Shown here: positions 44,504 through 54,197 of the stretch, in pieces
Position numbering within the stretch: position 1 is the first letter of the stretch
How the letters are laid out: every line of letters starts with the position of its first letter
Assembly: GCA_035644935.1 (NCBI GenBank)
Contig: DASQNO010000118.1
Coordinates: 12,153 to 76,152, forward strand
From: Sphingomonadaceae bacterium
Lineage (GTDB): Bacteria > Pseudomonadota > Alphaproteobacteria > Sphingomonadales > Sphingomonadaceae
DNA: 64,000 nucleotides
Direction: 5' to 3'
Made by a program: the position numbers and the translations under genes
Notes under the pieces: generated by a model
Database searches by the model: none
What the model was told of the DNA's origin: nothing
Seen by the model: the letters and a program-made list of their open reading frames with translations, nothing else

Positions 44504-45225
44504 TGAAGTTAGAAAAACTAACCGACTCTCTGGAAAGTGCATCGCGCCGCCGCTACGACGACGCCTGCGCGGCCGCGCACGCGATGGACATCTTCGGCGA
44601 ACGCTGGGCCGTGCCCGTGATGCGCGAACTTATGTTCGGCCCGTTACGGTTCGGCGAATTGCGCGCGGCGCTGCCGGGGCTGAGCGCCAACGTCCTGACG
44701 CAGCGGCTGGAGGGGCTGGAGGCGGCGGGCGTCGTCGCGCGCCGCCGGCTGCCGCCGCCGGCGTCCGTTCAGGTCTACGAACTCACTGCCTGGGGCTACG
44801 AGGCCGGGCCGATATTCCAGGCTATGGGCCGCTGGGCGGCGCGCTCGCCCACTCACGATCCGGGCCGTCCGTTCAGCCCGGCCTCGCTGATGCTTTCATT
44901 TCGCACGATGGCGGACCCGGCGCGCGCCGCGGACCTGACCGCGCGCATCGGCTTCCGCCTGGGCGCGGCGGAATATCTGCTGACGCTGGACAGGGGCACG
45001 GTGACGCCGCGCCGCGCGGCGATCGAAGGCGCCGACCTCGTCCTGAGCGGCGACGCCGCGACCTTGGCGGCTGCGGTTTACGGCGGCGCGCCACTGGACG
45101 TGCTGGAGGCGGAGGGCAGGCTCGGGATCGAGGGCGATCGCGCGCTGGCCCAGCGGTTCGTGGCGCTGTTCCCGCTGCCTGCCAAGGCATCACAGGACGT
45201 TGCGGGCGCGGGCGCGAGGCTCTAG
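44503..45225 (+). CDS. HxlR-type winged-helix regulator with C-terminal SCP2-like extension
   Basis: [57 protein letters not shown]. 240 aa, against about 120 for plain HxlR. Confidence 0.8.
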   Translation: MKLEKLTDSLESASRRRYDDACAAAHAMDIFGERWAVPVMRELMFGPLRFGELRAALPGLSANVLTQRLEGLEAAGVVARRRLPPPASVQVYELTAWGYEAGPIFQAMGRWAARSPTHDPGRPFSPASLMLSFRTMADPARAADLTARIGFRLGAAEYLLTLDRGTVTPRRAAIEGADLVLSGDAATLAAAVYGGAPLDVLEAEGRLGIEGDRALAQRFVALFPLPAKASQDVAGAGARL

Positions 45226-45236
45226 CGCAACGCCGC

Positions 45237-46244
45237 ATGACCGACATCCCCAACGTCCAGCCCGACAGCCGCGACGCGACCATCATGGACGCCCCCGACA
45301 AGATGCTCCGCGTCCGCGACGCGTTCGGCATCGATTCGGACATGGAGGTCCCGGCCTTCAGCGAAGCCGACGAGCGCGTCCCCGATTGCGATCCGACCTA
45401 CGTCTTCGACCACGACACGACGCTGGCGATCTGCGCGGGTTTTGCCAAGAACCGCCGCGTCATGGTCCAGGGTTATCACGGCACGGGCAAGTCGACGCAT
45501 ATCGAACAGGTCGCCGCGCGGCTCAACTGGCCGACGGTGCGCATCAACCTCGATGCTCATATCAGCCGCATCGACCTGGTCGGCCGCGACGCCATCGTGC
45601 TGCGGGACGGGCAACAGGTGACCGAATTCAAGGAAGGGCTGCTGCCCTGGGCGCTGCAGACGCCAACCGCGTTGGTGTTCGACGAATATGACGCGGGCCG
45701 CCCCGACGTCATGTTCGTGATCCAGCGCGTGCTGGAGGTCGAGGGCAAGTTGACGCTGCTCGACCAGAACCGCGTCATCCGCCCCAATCCCTGGTTTCGC
45801 CTGTTCGCGACCACCAACACGATCGGGCTGGGCGACACCACCGGTCTCTACCACGGCACGCAGGCGATCAATCAGGGGCAGATGGACCGCTGGAACATCG
45901 TCGTGACGCTGAACTACCTGCCCGCCGCGACCGAGGCGCAGATCGTGCTCGCCAAATCCGGCGAATACGACAAGCCGGAGGGTAAGAAGGAGGTCGAGCG
46001 CATGGTCAAGGTCGCCGACCTGACGCGCCAGGGCTTCATCAACGGCGACATCTCCACCGTGATGAGCCCGCGTACGGTGATCAGCTGGGCGCAGAACGCG
46101 CTGATCTTCGGCGACGTCGGCTTCGCATTCCGCCTGAGTTTCTTGAACAAGTGCGACGAGGCGGAGCGCAGCCTGGTGGCGGAATATTACCAGCGCGTGT
46201 TCGGCAAGGATCTGCCGGAGAGCGTCGTTGGAAAAACCAAGTAG
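45237..46244 (+). CDS. cobS: CobS-type AAA+ ATPase (aerobic cobaltochelatase small subunit family)
   Basis: [21 protein letters not shown]...[13 protein letters not shown]...FRLFATTNT. Only the last 335 codons of the 750-aa track ORF. Confidence 0.9.
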   Translation: MTDIPNVQPDSRDATIMDAPDKMLRVRDAFGIDSDMEVPAFSEADERVPDCDPTYVFDHDTTLAICAGFAKNRRVMVQGYHGTGKSTHIEQVAARLNWPTVRINLDAHISRIDLVGRDAIVLRDGQQVTEFKEGLLPWALQTPTALVFDEYDAGRPDVMFVIQRVLEVEGKLTLLDQNRVIRPNPWFRLFATTNTIGLGDTTGLYHGTQAINQGQMDRWNIVVTLNYLPAATEAQIVLAKSGEYDKPEGKKEVERMVKVADLTRQGFINGDISTVMSPRTVISWAQNALIFGDVGFAFRLSFLNKCDEAERSLVAEYYQRVFGKDLPESVVGKTK

Positions 46245-46252
46245 CGAAGAAA

Positions 46253-46337
46253 CCCGTTCGGGCTGAGCTTGTCGAAGCCCTCTCCTTCGGACCAAGGAGG
46301 AAGAAGCGCAGCCCTTCGACAGGCTCAGGGCGAACGG
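46253..46337. repeat. Palindromic element, family D
   Basis: CCCGTTCGGGCTGAGCTTGTCGAAGCCC ... GCCCTTCGACAGGCTCAGGGCGAACGG. Lies between cobS and cobT. Confidence 0.8.
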
Positions 46338-46344
46338 AGTTGGA

Positions 46345-48177
46345 GTGCCCGAACAGGATAGTCCCCTCGAAGCCTTCCGCCACGCGCTGGCCGGCGCGTC
46401 GCGCGCTCTGGCGCGCGAGACGGAGGTGGAGGTCAGCTTCACCACGGACGCGCCCGTGTCCGCGGGCAAGCAGCTCAAGGTGCCGATGCCCGCGCGCAAC
46501 CTGCCCGAGCGCGATGTCGCGGAGGCGCGCGGGTCGGCCGATTCGGCGGCGCTGAAGCTGCGCCACCACGACGCGCCGCTGCACGCTCGGCTGTCGCCGC
46601 AGGACCCGACCGCGCGCGCGGTGTTCGACGCGGTTGAACTCGCCCGTGTCGAGGCGCTGGGCAGCCGGGCGATGGCCGGGGTGCGCGCCAACCTCAATGG
46701 CATCACCGAAGCCCGCATGCGCAGCGACCCGATCTCGCGCGCGCGGGCGCCGGGCGAAGTGCCGCTGGGCACCGCGCTCGGCCTGCTGGTGCGCGAGCGG
46801 CTGACGGGCGAGGTGGCGCCCAAGGCGGCGCTGGCGGGGCTCGCGCTTGTTGCGGAGTGGGCCGAGGAGAAGGGGGGTCGCGGACTCGACGGCCTTGGCC
46901 TGGCGATCGACGACCAGGCCGCGTTCGCGCAGCTCGCGACGCGGCTGTTGCAGGATCTTGAGCTGATCGAGGGGGAACCTGAGCGGCCGGCCGAGCCGGA
47001 CGAGGGCGAGGAGAGCGAAGGCGAGGCCGATTCGGGCAGCGAGGATGCGGACGATGCCGACGACGAGTCGGGCGGCCAGTCGGGCGAGACGGAGGCCCGC
47101 GCCGAGACGGGCGACGAGGAGGACGACGGCGACAGCGAGGACGACGGATCGTCCGAGGAGTCGATGTCCGACGCCGAAAGCGGCACCGGCGACGACGGCG
47201 AGGAAGGCGCGGTGCCGACGCGGCCCAACCGCGTGCCCGCGGACGTCACGCCGCAGTTCGACTATCGCCCTTATACAACGGCTTATGACGAGATCGCCCA
47301 CGCCACCGAGCTGTGCGACGAGGAGGAGCTGACGCGGCTTCGGACCTATCTCGATACGCAGATGGTTCACCTGCAGTCGGCCGTGTCCAAGCTCGCCAAC
47401 CGCCTGCAGCGGCGGCTGATGGCGCAGCAGTCGCGGTCGTGGGATTTCGACCAGGAGGAAGGCCTGCTCGATGCGGCGCGCCTGGCGCGGGTGGTGGTCA
47501 ATCCGGCGCAGGTGCTGAGCTACAAGGTCGAGCGCGACACCGAATTTCGCGACACGGTGGTGACGCTGCTGATCGACAATTCGGGTTCCATGCGCGGGCG
47601 GCCGATCTCGATCGCGGCGATCAGCGCCGACATCCTGGCGCGGACGCTGGAGCGCTGCGGCGTCAAGACCGAGATCCTGGGCTTCACGACGCGGGCGTGG
47701 AAGGGCGGGCAGGCGCGGGAGAAGTGGCTCGCCGACGCGCGGCCGCCGCAGCCCGGGCGGCTCAACGACCTCCGCCACATCGTCTACAAGCGCGCCGACG
47801 AGCCGTGGCGCCGCGCACGCCGCAATCTCGGGCTGATGATGCGCGAAGGGCTGCTCAAGGAGAATATCGACGGCGAGGCGCTTTTGTGGGCGCACTCCCG
47901 GCTGCTCGCGCGGTCTGAGGACCGGCGCATCCTGATGGTTATATCCGACGGCGCGCCGGTCGACGATTCGACGCTGTCCGTGAACAGCAGCACCTACCTG
48001 GAAAAGCACCTGCGGCAGGTGATCGGCTGGATCGAGACAAAGTCGCCGATCGAGCTGGCGGCGATCGGGATCGGCCACGACGTCACGCGATACTATGACC
48101 GCGCGGTGACGATCATGGACGCCGAGCAGCTCGGCGGCACGATGGTGGAGCAGCTGGCGGGTCTGTTCGCCGCCTGA
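46345..48177 (+). CDS. cobT: CobT-type vWA protein (cobaltochelatase subunit family)
   Basis: Acidic D/E-rich central stretch and C-terminal v[21 protein letters not shown] start. Confidence 0.85.
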   Translation: MPEQDSPLEAFRHALAGASRALARETEVEVSFTTDAPVSAGKQLKVPMPARNLPERDVAEARGSADSAALKLRHHDAPLHARLSPQDPTARAVFDAVELARVEALGSRAMAGVRANLNGITEARMRSDPISRARAPGEVPLGTALGLLVRERLTGEVAPKAALAGLALVAEWAEEKGGRGLDGLGLAIDDQAAFAQLATRLLQDLELIEGEPERPAEPDEGEESEGEADSGSEDADDADDESGGQSGETEARAETGDEEDDGDSEDDGSSEESMSDAESGTGDDGEEGAVPTRPNRVPADVTPQFDYRPYTTAYDEIAHATELCDEEELTRLRTYLDTQMVHLQSAVSKLANRLQRRLMAQQSRSWDFDQEEGLLDAARLARVVVNPAQVLSYKVERDTEFRDTVVTLLIDNSGSMRGRPISIAAISADILARTLERCGVKTEILGFTTRAWKGGQAREKWLADARPPQPGRLNDLRHIVYKRADEPWRRARRNLGLMMREGLLKENIDGEALLWAHSRLLARSEDRRILMVISDGAPVDDSTLSVNSSTYLEKHLRQVIGWIETKSPIELAAIGIGHDVTRYYDRAVTIMDAEQLGGTMVEQLAGLFAA

Positions 48178-48301
48178 GCTGAAACGCGTTGAGGGCCGGC
48201 ATGCTTTCGCACACCGGCCCCCGCCCTCGTTACGCGACGCGAGGGATCTCTGGGTACGCATCCCCGGAATACAACCCGGTGAAACTGATGATGAGGCTGG
48301 G

Positions 48302-48336
48302 CGGGAGGCGCGGCCCTGGTGGCGGCGCGCCTCCCG
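48302..48336. terminator. Strong GC hairpin between convergent cobT and the glycine-zipper gene (possible bidirectional terminator)
   Basis: The 11-bp stem CGGGAGGCGCG pairs with CGCGCCTCCCG around a 13-nt loop. No T-run on either side. Confidence 0.35.
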
Positions 48337-48372
48337 GCTAGCGGAACTCTGCCTTGGCGACAGAGCGCTGCT

Positions 48373-48693
48373 TTAGCGGCAGCGCTTGTCCCGGGTCAGT
48401 TCGCGACCCGCTAGACCGCCGCCGGCGGCGCCGAGGATGGTCCCCGTGGTGCGGCTGTTGCGAAGGACTTCGCGGCCGAGCAGGGCGCCGGCGGCGGCGC
48501 CGAGAATGGCGCCGGTCGTGCCCGAACGGCACCGCTGACGCGACTGGCCGTAGTAGCGGTTGTCGTAGCCGCGGTCATAATCGCGCGCCTGGTGGCTGTG
48601 GCTGTAGCCGCGGCGATGCGCCTCGGCGGGGGCGGGGGCCACGGAAGCGGCGGTCATCGCGGCGACGGCGGCGAACATGGGAAGCTTACGCAT
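48373..48693 (-). CDS. Glycine-zipper (17-kDa-antigen-like) small outer-membrane/secreted protein
   Basis: Signal peptide MRKLPMFAAVAAMTAASVAPAPAEA. GAILGAAAGALLG and GTILGAAGGGLAG zippers. Confidence 0.6.
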   Translation of the reverse strand: MRKLPMFAAVAAMTAASVAPAPAEAHRRGYSHSHQARDYDRGYDNRYYGQSRQRCRSGTTGAILGAAAGALLGREVLRNSRTTGTILGAAGGGLAGRELTRDKRCR

Positions 48694-48837
48694 TGAAACT
48701 CTCCTGAAGGGGAACTGTAATCCGGCATCTCGTGTCGGCGTTTCGTTCGTCGGCTTGGATGCCAGCGTTTCGTCGACAACACTCATATGCCCCGTGCCGC
48801 TTGGACCTTTCCTGAATGTGCGTGACAGCGCCCGTTC

Positions 48838-49854
48838 ATGCGATTTCGACCGCTGCCCTCCCGCCCAGAAGCGGCTAGGGCTGCGGACGTGCGCCGCCCC
48901 CTTCTCCTGATCCTGCTGCTGGGCACCGGCATGTCCATGACGCGGTCCGAACCGGTCATGCAGGCGCAGACCCGAAGCGTCAGCCGAATCGTCGCGACGC
49001 CGCTGACCGGCGAGGCGCGCCCGGGACAGCGTGTGGGGGCGTTGCGCTACCTTGTCGGTTACGCACTGACTTCCGCGGACCCGCGCTTCGGGGGGATATC
49101 GGCGATCGCGCGCACCGCGGACGGGTTTCTCGCGCTCAGCGACGGCGGCACCGTGATGAAGATGGCGGCCGCAAACGGACGGCCGACGTCCTTGAATCTG
49201 CTGCCGTTGCCGGCGGGGCCGGGCGACGCGGCGATCAAAGCCGACCGCGACAGCGAAGCGTTCACGCGCGATTTCCGGGGCCGCATCTGGGTCGCGTTCG
49301 AGCGACACAACAGCGTCTGGCGATACGCTCCCGGCTTTTCGGAGGCGCAGGCCAGTCACGCACCGCCCGCGATGCGGCGCTGGCGCGCGAATTCGGGAGC
49401 GGAAGCGATGGTGCGGTTGGACGACGGCCGCTTCCTGCTGTTTTCCGAGGGCGCTGGGGAGGTGCCGCGCTCAAGCGATGTGCTTCTGTTCGACCGGGAT
49501 CCGACGGACCCCCGTGCCGAGGCCACGCGCCTGAGCTACCGGCTTCCCGAAGGGTTTTCCGTCACGGACGCCGCGTTGCTCGGGGACGGGCGGCTGGCGA
49601 CCTTGCACCGGCGCGTGTCGCTGAGTTCCGGATTCGTCGCCGGCATCGGGATCATTCCATTAACGGCCTTCCGGCCCGGCGCCGTGGCCGAGCCGCGCAT
49701 CGTCGCGACGCTGGAACGGCCGTTCCCGACCGACAATATGGAAGCGCTCGCGATCGAACGCGTCGGCGAGCGGACGCTGATGTGGGTCGCGTCCGATGAC
49801 AATTTCAGCGGACTTCAGCGCACGCTTCTGCTGAAGTTCGAACTCGTCGACTGA
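48838..49854 (+). CDS. Secreted protein, esterase-like activity of phytase family (tentative)
   Basis: DPRFGGISAIARTADGFLALSDGG and the repeated beta-propeller-like pattern. Family recalled from memory only. Confidence 0.5.
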   Translation: MRFRPLPSRPEAARAADVRRPLLLILLLGTGMSMTRSEPVMQAQTRSVSRIVATPLTGEARPGQRVGALRYLVGYALTSADPRFGGISAIARTADGFLALSDGGTVMKMAAANGRPTSLNLLPLPAGPGDAAIKADRDSEAFTRDFRGRIWVAFERHNSVWRYAPGFSEAQASHAPPAMRRWRANSGAEAMVRLDDGRFLLFSEGAGEVPRSSDVLLFDRDPTDPRAEATRLSYRLPEGFSVTDAALLGDGRLATLHRRVSLSSGFVAGIGIIPLTAFRPGAVAEPRIVATLERPFPTDNMEALAIERVGERTLMWVASDDNFSGLQRTLLLKFELVD

Positions 49855-49895
49855 CGAGGCTTCAAGCGCGGGCCGGGCTTAAGCAGAAGCCGGGC

Positions 49896-50207
49896 TTAAG
49901 CGGAGGCCGGCTCGCCCGCGCCCGATTCGGCCGTCTTCTTGACGATCTCGCGCTTCAGGCGACGCGCCTTGAGGCTCAGCTTGTCCTCGCCAGTCTTGGT
50001 CAGCCAGTTGTCGAGGCCGCCGACATGCTCGACCGAGCGCAGGCCGTTCATCGACACGCGCAAGCGGATGCCGCGGGCCAGCGCGTCGGAGATCAGGGTC
50101 ACGTTCTGCAGGTTGGGCAGGAACGTGCGCTTGGTCTTGTTGTTGGCGTGGGACACGTTGTGCCCGACCTGCCGGCCCTTGCCGGTCAGTTCGCAAATGC
50201 GCGACAT
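49896..50207 (-). CDS. rpmB: 50S ribosomal protein L28
   Basis: [34 protein letters not shown] is canonical. Confidence 0.95.
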   Translation of the reverse strand: MSRICELTGKGRQVGHNVSHANNKTKRTFLPNLQNVTLISDALARGIRLRVSMNGLRSVEHVGGLDNWLTKTGEDKLSLKARRLKREIVKKTAESGAGEPASA

Positions 50208-50418
50208 GATGAATGGTCCTGACGATCTGTTGGTAGGGAACGGACGTCCAAAAGAGCCCGCTGCAAGCGGCGCCGGATAGCGCGGCGATGCCGCGGGGTC
50301 AACGTGCAAGGGGGCACGGGGGGCGCGGCTGGCCGCAATCGCGTTGCGCCGCCGCGACGCTTTGCATTAAGGCGGGGTGGCTCAAGCTTAGCGAGTAAAA
50401 AACGGGAGGACTTGTTTC

Positions 50419-50733
50419 ATGGCCAACGGCTCGAACAACAACAACGGCAACAGCGGATCGCGCACGATCCTGATCATTGCCATTCTGGCGATCCTGGCGC
50501 TGATCGCGGCCTTCGCCTTCGGCCTGATCGACATCGACCAGGAAAAGGGCGCCAAGCTCCCCAGCGTCGAGGTCGATGCCAAGGGCGGCCAGATGCCGAC
50601 GTTCGACGTCGACACCGCGGATGTCGATGTGGGAACGACGAACACCACCGTCGAAGTGCCCACGGTCGAGGTCAACTCCAAGGAGACCAAGGTCGAAGTG
50701 CCGACGGTTACGGTCGGCAAGCAGGCCGATTGA
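50419..50733 (+). CDS. Hypothetical single-pass membrane protein
   Basis: GGGAGGA Shine-Dalgarno 8 nt upstream. Asn-rich N-terminus, TM helix ILIIAILAILALIAAFAFGL and repeated VEVPTV(E/T)V. Confidence 0.5.
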   Translation: MANGSNNNNGNSGSRTILIIAILAILALIAAFAFGLIDIDQEKGAKLPSVEVDAKGGQMPTFDVDTADVDVGTTNTTVEVPTVEVNSKETKVEVPTVTVGKQAD

Positions 50734-50812
50734 TGCTGCGGGGTCGCGGCGCATCGCCCCCGGCAGGCGCCGCGGCCCCCATCCATAACCGCCCCGCCTA
50801 GACGCATCGGCG

Positions 50813-51265
50813 ATGGCGGGCATCGACACCGCGCCGATGGCGCGCGCGTTGCGCCTGGCGGCGGAGGCGGCCGCGGCGGGCGAAGTTCCCGTGGGCGCGG
50901 TCGTGATGCGTGGAGGCGTGGAGGTCGCCGCCACCGCCAACCGCATGGTGGCCGGCAGCGACCCGACGGCGCATGCCGAGATCATCGCTCTGCGCGAGGC
51001 GGGACATGCGCTAGGAACGTCCCGGCTGGACGAATGCGACCTGTGGGTGACGCTGGAGCCCTGCGCCATGTGCGCGGCGGCGATCGGGCTTGCCCGCATC
51101 CGCCGGCTCTACTTCGCGGCGCCCGACCCTAAGGGCGGCGCCGTGCTGCACGGACCGCGGTGGTTCGGCCAGCCCACCTGTCACCACCGCCCCGAAGTCT
51201 ATGCCGGCATCGGCGAGTCCGCGTCGGCGGCGCTGCTGCGCGATTTCTTCGCGGGTCGTCGCTGA
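50813..51265 (+). CDS. tadA: tRNA adenosine(34) deaminase TadA
   Basis: HAEIIALREAG and TLEPCAMCAAAI zinc motifs. Confidence 0.9.
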   Translation: MAGIDTAPMARALRLAAEAAAAGEVPVGAVVMRGGVEVAATANRMVAGSDPTAHAEIIALREAGHALGTSRLDECDLWVTLEPCAMCAAAIGLARIRRLYFAAPDPKGGAVLHGPRWFGQPTCHHRPEVYAGIGESASAALLRDFFAGRR

Positions 51266-51272
51266 CAAGAGA

Positions 51273-51309
51273 AAGGCGCGAAGAGTTGCCTCTCCGCGCC
51301 TTGTTTTGT
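51273..51309. terminator. Bidirectional rho-independent terminator between tadA and the ompA-like gene
   Basis: Stem AAGGCGCG (51273-80) pairs with CGCGCCTT (51295-302). GTTTTGT follows on the plus strand and TTTCTCTTG on the minus strand. Confidence 0.55.
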
Positions 51310-51323
51310 CCCCGATCGGACGC

Positions 51324-51995
51324 TTAGCGGGCGTCCGTCAGCGGTACGATCTTGATCTCCACCCGGCGGTTGGCCTGCTTGCCCGCCTCGGTGTTGTTGT
51401 CCGCCACCGGCTGCGTCGCCGCGTAGCCGCGCGTTTCGATACGTGCGGACTGGACGCCCTGTCCGACGAGGTAATTCGCCACGGCCTGCGCGCGGTTCTG
51501 CGACAGCGGCACGTTGATCGCGTCGCCGCCCGTCGAATCTGTGTGGCCACGCACGTCGATGAACGTCTGCTCGTACGATTTAAGCGTCTGCGCGACCTGA
51601 TTCAGCGTGTCGCGGAACTGCGGCTGGATCGCGAAGCTGTTGGACGCGAAGGTGATGCCGGACGGCATGTTGAGCACGAGCTCGTCGCCCTGGCGGATCA
51701 CGTCGATGCCGGTGCCGGCGGTTTGCCGCTCGAGTTCGCGCTGCTGCCGGTCCATGTACGCGCCCACCGCGCCGCCGGCGATCGCGCCGATGCCCGCCCC
51801 GACGATCTTTTCCGTCCGATCGCGCTTGCCGCCGATGAGGTCGCCCGCGAAGAAGCCGGCCACCGTGCCGCCCAGCGCGCCGATGGCGGCGCGGGACAGG
51901 CGGCGCTCGCCGGTTTCCGGGTTGGTGGTGCAGGCGGTGGTGGCGAGCAGCGCTGCGGCGAGCGAGGCCGTGCCCAGTCGATGAAGGTTGCGCAT
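51324..51995 (-). CDS. OmpA-family lipoprotein (peptidoglycan-associated)
   Basis: Lipobox LATTAC, Gly-zipper region and OmpA C-domain RGHTDSTGGDAINVPLSQNRAQAVANYL. Confidence 0.85.
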   Translation of the reverse strand: MRNLHRLGTASLAAALLATTACTTNPETGERRLSRAAIGALGGTVAGFFAGDLIGGKRDRTEKIVGAGIGAIAGGAVGAYMDRQQRELERQTAGTGIDVIRQGDELVLNMPSGITFASNSFAIQPQFRDTLNQVAQTLKSYEQTFIDVRGHTDSTGGDAINVPLSQNRAQAVANYLVGQGVQSARIETRGYAATQPVADNNTEAGKQANRRVEIKIVPLTDAR

Positions 51996-52146
51996 GATGA
52001 CGTCTCCTGTTGACCTATGCAAATAAACGGAACGGGCGCGTAACCGCCGTCCGATGCGCGTTGTTCCCACTTCGCCCGTGAACCCGTCGTGACGCGGCGG
52101 TTGTGCGAGGGACAGATTTGCCGCTAGGATCGTCTCACCCCCAGCG

Positions 52147-53469
52147 ATGCCCGCGCCGAACCCTTTCCCCTGGCCCGACGTGCTGATCATCCTCGGATTG
52201 ATCGCATTCAACGGCGTGTTCGCGATGTCGGAGCTCGCCATCGTCTCCGCGCGCCGGCCGCGCCTGTCGGGCATGGTCAAGAACGCACCGTCCGCCGTCC
52301 TGCGCCGCGGGGCCGCCGTGGCGATCGAGCTGGCGGACGAGCCGGGACGGTTCCTGTCCACCGTGCAGATCGGCATCACGCTGATCGGCATCGTCGCCGG
52401 CGCCTATTCCGGATCGACGCTCGGCCGACCCGTCGGGGACTGGCTGGCGAGGACGGGAGTGGCGCCCGACACGGCGGCGACGCTGGGCTTTGCGATCGTG
52501 ATCGCGCTGACGACCTACGCCAGCCTGATCATCGGCGAACTCGTCCCCAAGCAGTTCGCGCTGCGCCGGCCCGAAACGATCGCGGCGGCGGTCGCCATTC
52601 CCATGCGCTGGCTGGCGATCGCCACCGCGCCGCTGGGTTGGCTGCTCGACCGGTCGAGCGCGGTGATCTTCCGGCTGCTGGGCCTTGCCCGCGAAAGTCG
52701 CCACAACGTCACGGCGGAGGAACTGCACCATGTCGTCGCCGAAGCGCACGGCGCGGGCGTCCTGGAAGAATCGGAGCGGCAAATCATCTCGGGCGTCGTC
52801 CGCCTCGCCGACCGCCCGGCGCGCGAGGTCATGACCCCCAGGGTCGATGTCGACTGGATCGATGTCGATGCGGACGAGGCCGGGCTACGCGCGGCGCTGG
52901 TCGCGTCCGCGCACAACCGGTTTCCGGTAGCCGAAGGCTCGGTCGATACGATTGTCGGGGTCGTGCAGGCGCGAGACATCGCCGCCGCCTTGATCGAAGG
53001 CCGGGCGCTGGTCCTTCGCGACCTGATGCGCACCGCGCCCGTCGTGCCCGATCAGATGGACGCGATGGACGCGCTGCTCGTGCTGCAGCGCGCGGACGTG
53101 CCGATGGCGTTCGTTCACGACGAGTACGGCCATTTCGAAGGGCTGATCACGGCCGCCAACATCCTGTCGGCGCTGGCCGGGGACTTCGCCTCGGACGCGG
53201 ACGAAGGCACCGACCCGCCGCTGGTGGAACGCGCCGACGGCAGCTGGCTGGTCAGCGGATCATTGAGCGCCGACGCGCTTTCCGACCGGCTGGGCGTCAC
53301 GTTGCCCGACGATCGCGATTACGCGACCACGGCGGGATTCGCGCTGTCGGTGCTCAAGCGGCTGCCTGAAACGGGCGAACGCTTCCGGCACGACGGCTGG
53401 CTGTTCGAGATCGTCGACATGGACGGCCGCAAGATCGACAAGCTGCTCGCCAGCCAGGAAACGGCCTAG
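52147..53469 (+). CDS. CNNM/TlyC-family protein (DUF21-CBS-CorC_HlyC)
   Basis: N-terminal DUF21 TM block (FNGVFAMSELAIVSAR), a CBS pair and the C-terminal CorC domain. Confidence 0.9.
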   Translation: MPAPNPFPWPDVLIILGLIAFNGVFAMSELAIVSARRPRLSGMVKNAPSAVLRRGAAVAIELADEPGRFLSTVQIGITLIGIVAGAYSGSTLGRPVGDWLARTGVAPDTAATLGFAIVIALTTYASLIIGELVPKQFALRRPETIAAAVAIPMRWLAIATAPLGWLLDRSSAVIFRLLGLARESRHNVTAEELHHVVAEAHGAGVLEESERQIISGVVRLADRPAREVMTPRVDVDWIDVDADEAGLRAALVASAHNRFPVAEGSVDTIVGVVQARDIAAALIEGRALVLRDLMRTAPVVPDQMDAMDALLVLQRADVPMAFVHDEYGHFEGLITAANILSALAGDFASDADEGTDPPLVERADGSWLVSGSLSADALSDRLGVTLPDDRDYATTAGFALSVLKRLPETGERFRHDGWLFEIVDMDGRKIDKLLASQETA

Positions 53470-54074
53470 AGCTTGCCGAACGCGCGTTCGTAGCCGGCGC
53501 GGTCACCGACGGCGAGGAAGGCGGCCTGTTCGACGATGCGGTCGCGTACGAGACGGCCCTTGAAGGCGCCCAGATGCGTGTCGAGGCGGGCGAGATCGTC
53601 GGGTGTCAGCGCGGCGATCTGGTCGAAGCGCGTGAGGCCTTCGGCCCGCAACAGGCTGGCGAGCTTGGGCCCGACGCCCTTCATGACCTGCAGGTCGTCG
53701 TGGACGGCATCGGCACCGCCGCCGGTCGCCTGTGACCCCGGGTGGGCGTCGATGCCCAGGAACTGGTCGGCGACGTCCTCGATCGCCGCCGCCGCCCCGG
53801 AAACCACATCGCTGTCAGCCACGTCGCGCCCCGCGCGCCGCGCCAGCACCTCGGGCTCGGGCCGCGGGCTGGCGCGTTCGGAATACAAGGGTTCGGGGGC
53901 GGGAGCCGGCCTGTTCTCGACATAAGGGCGGCGCAGCGGCGCGTCTTCGGTCAGCACGCGGGTCGGCGTGTCGCGGGTGCTACGCGCGAATTTCCAGATC
54001 CAAAGACCGGTCACGAACCCGATCAGCAGGGCCACGAGGATGGGAAGGAGGTTCTCGCCGGCGACAAACATCAT
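53466..54074 (-). CDS. Membrane-anchored protein with C-terminal helix-hairpin-helix-like domain
   Basis: TM LLPILVALLIGFVTGLWIW. C-terminus LQVMKGVGPKLASLLRAEGLTRFDQIAAL. Confidence 0.5.
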   Translation of the reverse strand: MMFVAGENLLPILVALLIGFVTGLWIWKFARSTRDTPTRVLTEDAPLRRPYVENRPAPAPEPLYSERASPRPEPEVLARRAGRDVADSDVVSGAAAAIEDVADQFLGIDAHPGSQATGGGADAVHDDLQVMKGVGPKLASLLRAEGLTRFDQIAALTPDDLARLDTHLGAFKGRLVRDRIVEQAAFLAVGDRAGYERAFGKL

Positions 54075-54086
54075 GGGAAGCGGGTC

Positions 54087-54197
54087 CTAACGGTAATATT
54101 GAGTGCGGCGGCCGAACATGCCGTAGGCGGCGGCCAGGCCCAGCAGGTAGGCGCCGATCTGCCAGATCAGGCTTTCGGCGAAAAGCGGCAGGTTCAT
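54087..54197 (-). CDS. Unannotated 36-aa membrane micro-protein candidate
   Basis: My own translation is MNLPLFAESLIWQIGAYLLGLAAAYGMFGRRTQYYR. GGAG lies 6 nt upstream, and there is an ATGA overlap with the upstream gene's stop. It is below the ORF-track cutoff. Confidence 0.35.
   Translation of the reverse strand: MNLPLFAESLIWQIGAYLLGLAAAYGMFGRRTQYYR

Noticed and set aside
43992-45236. The N-terminal 415 codons of the 750-aa ORF that ends as CobS
   Set aside because: This part overlaps the VOC gene on the other strand and the HxlR gene in another frame, both of which have family motifs. CobS homology starts only at ATG 45237.
45222-48261. 675-aa and 726-aa minus-strand ORFs spanning cobS-cobT
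   Set aside because: They are antisense to well-supported CobS and CobT frames. Their Ser/Arg/Ala/Pro low-complexity translations include the antisense reading of the acidic CobT tract.
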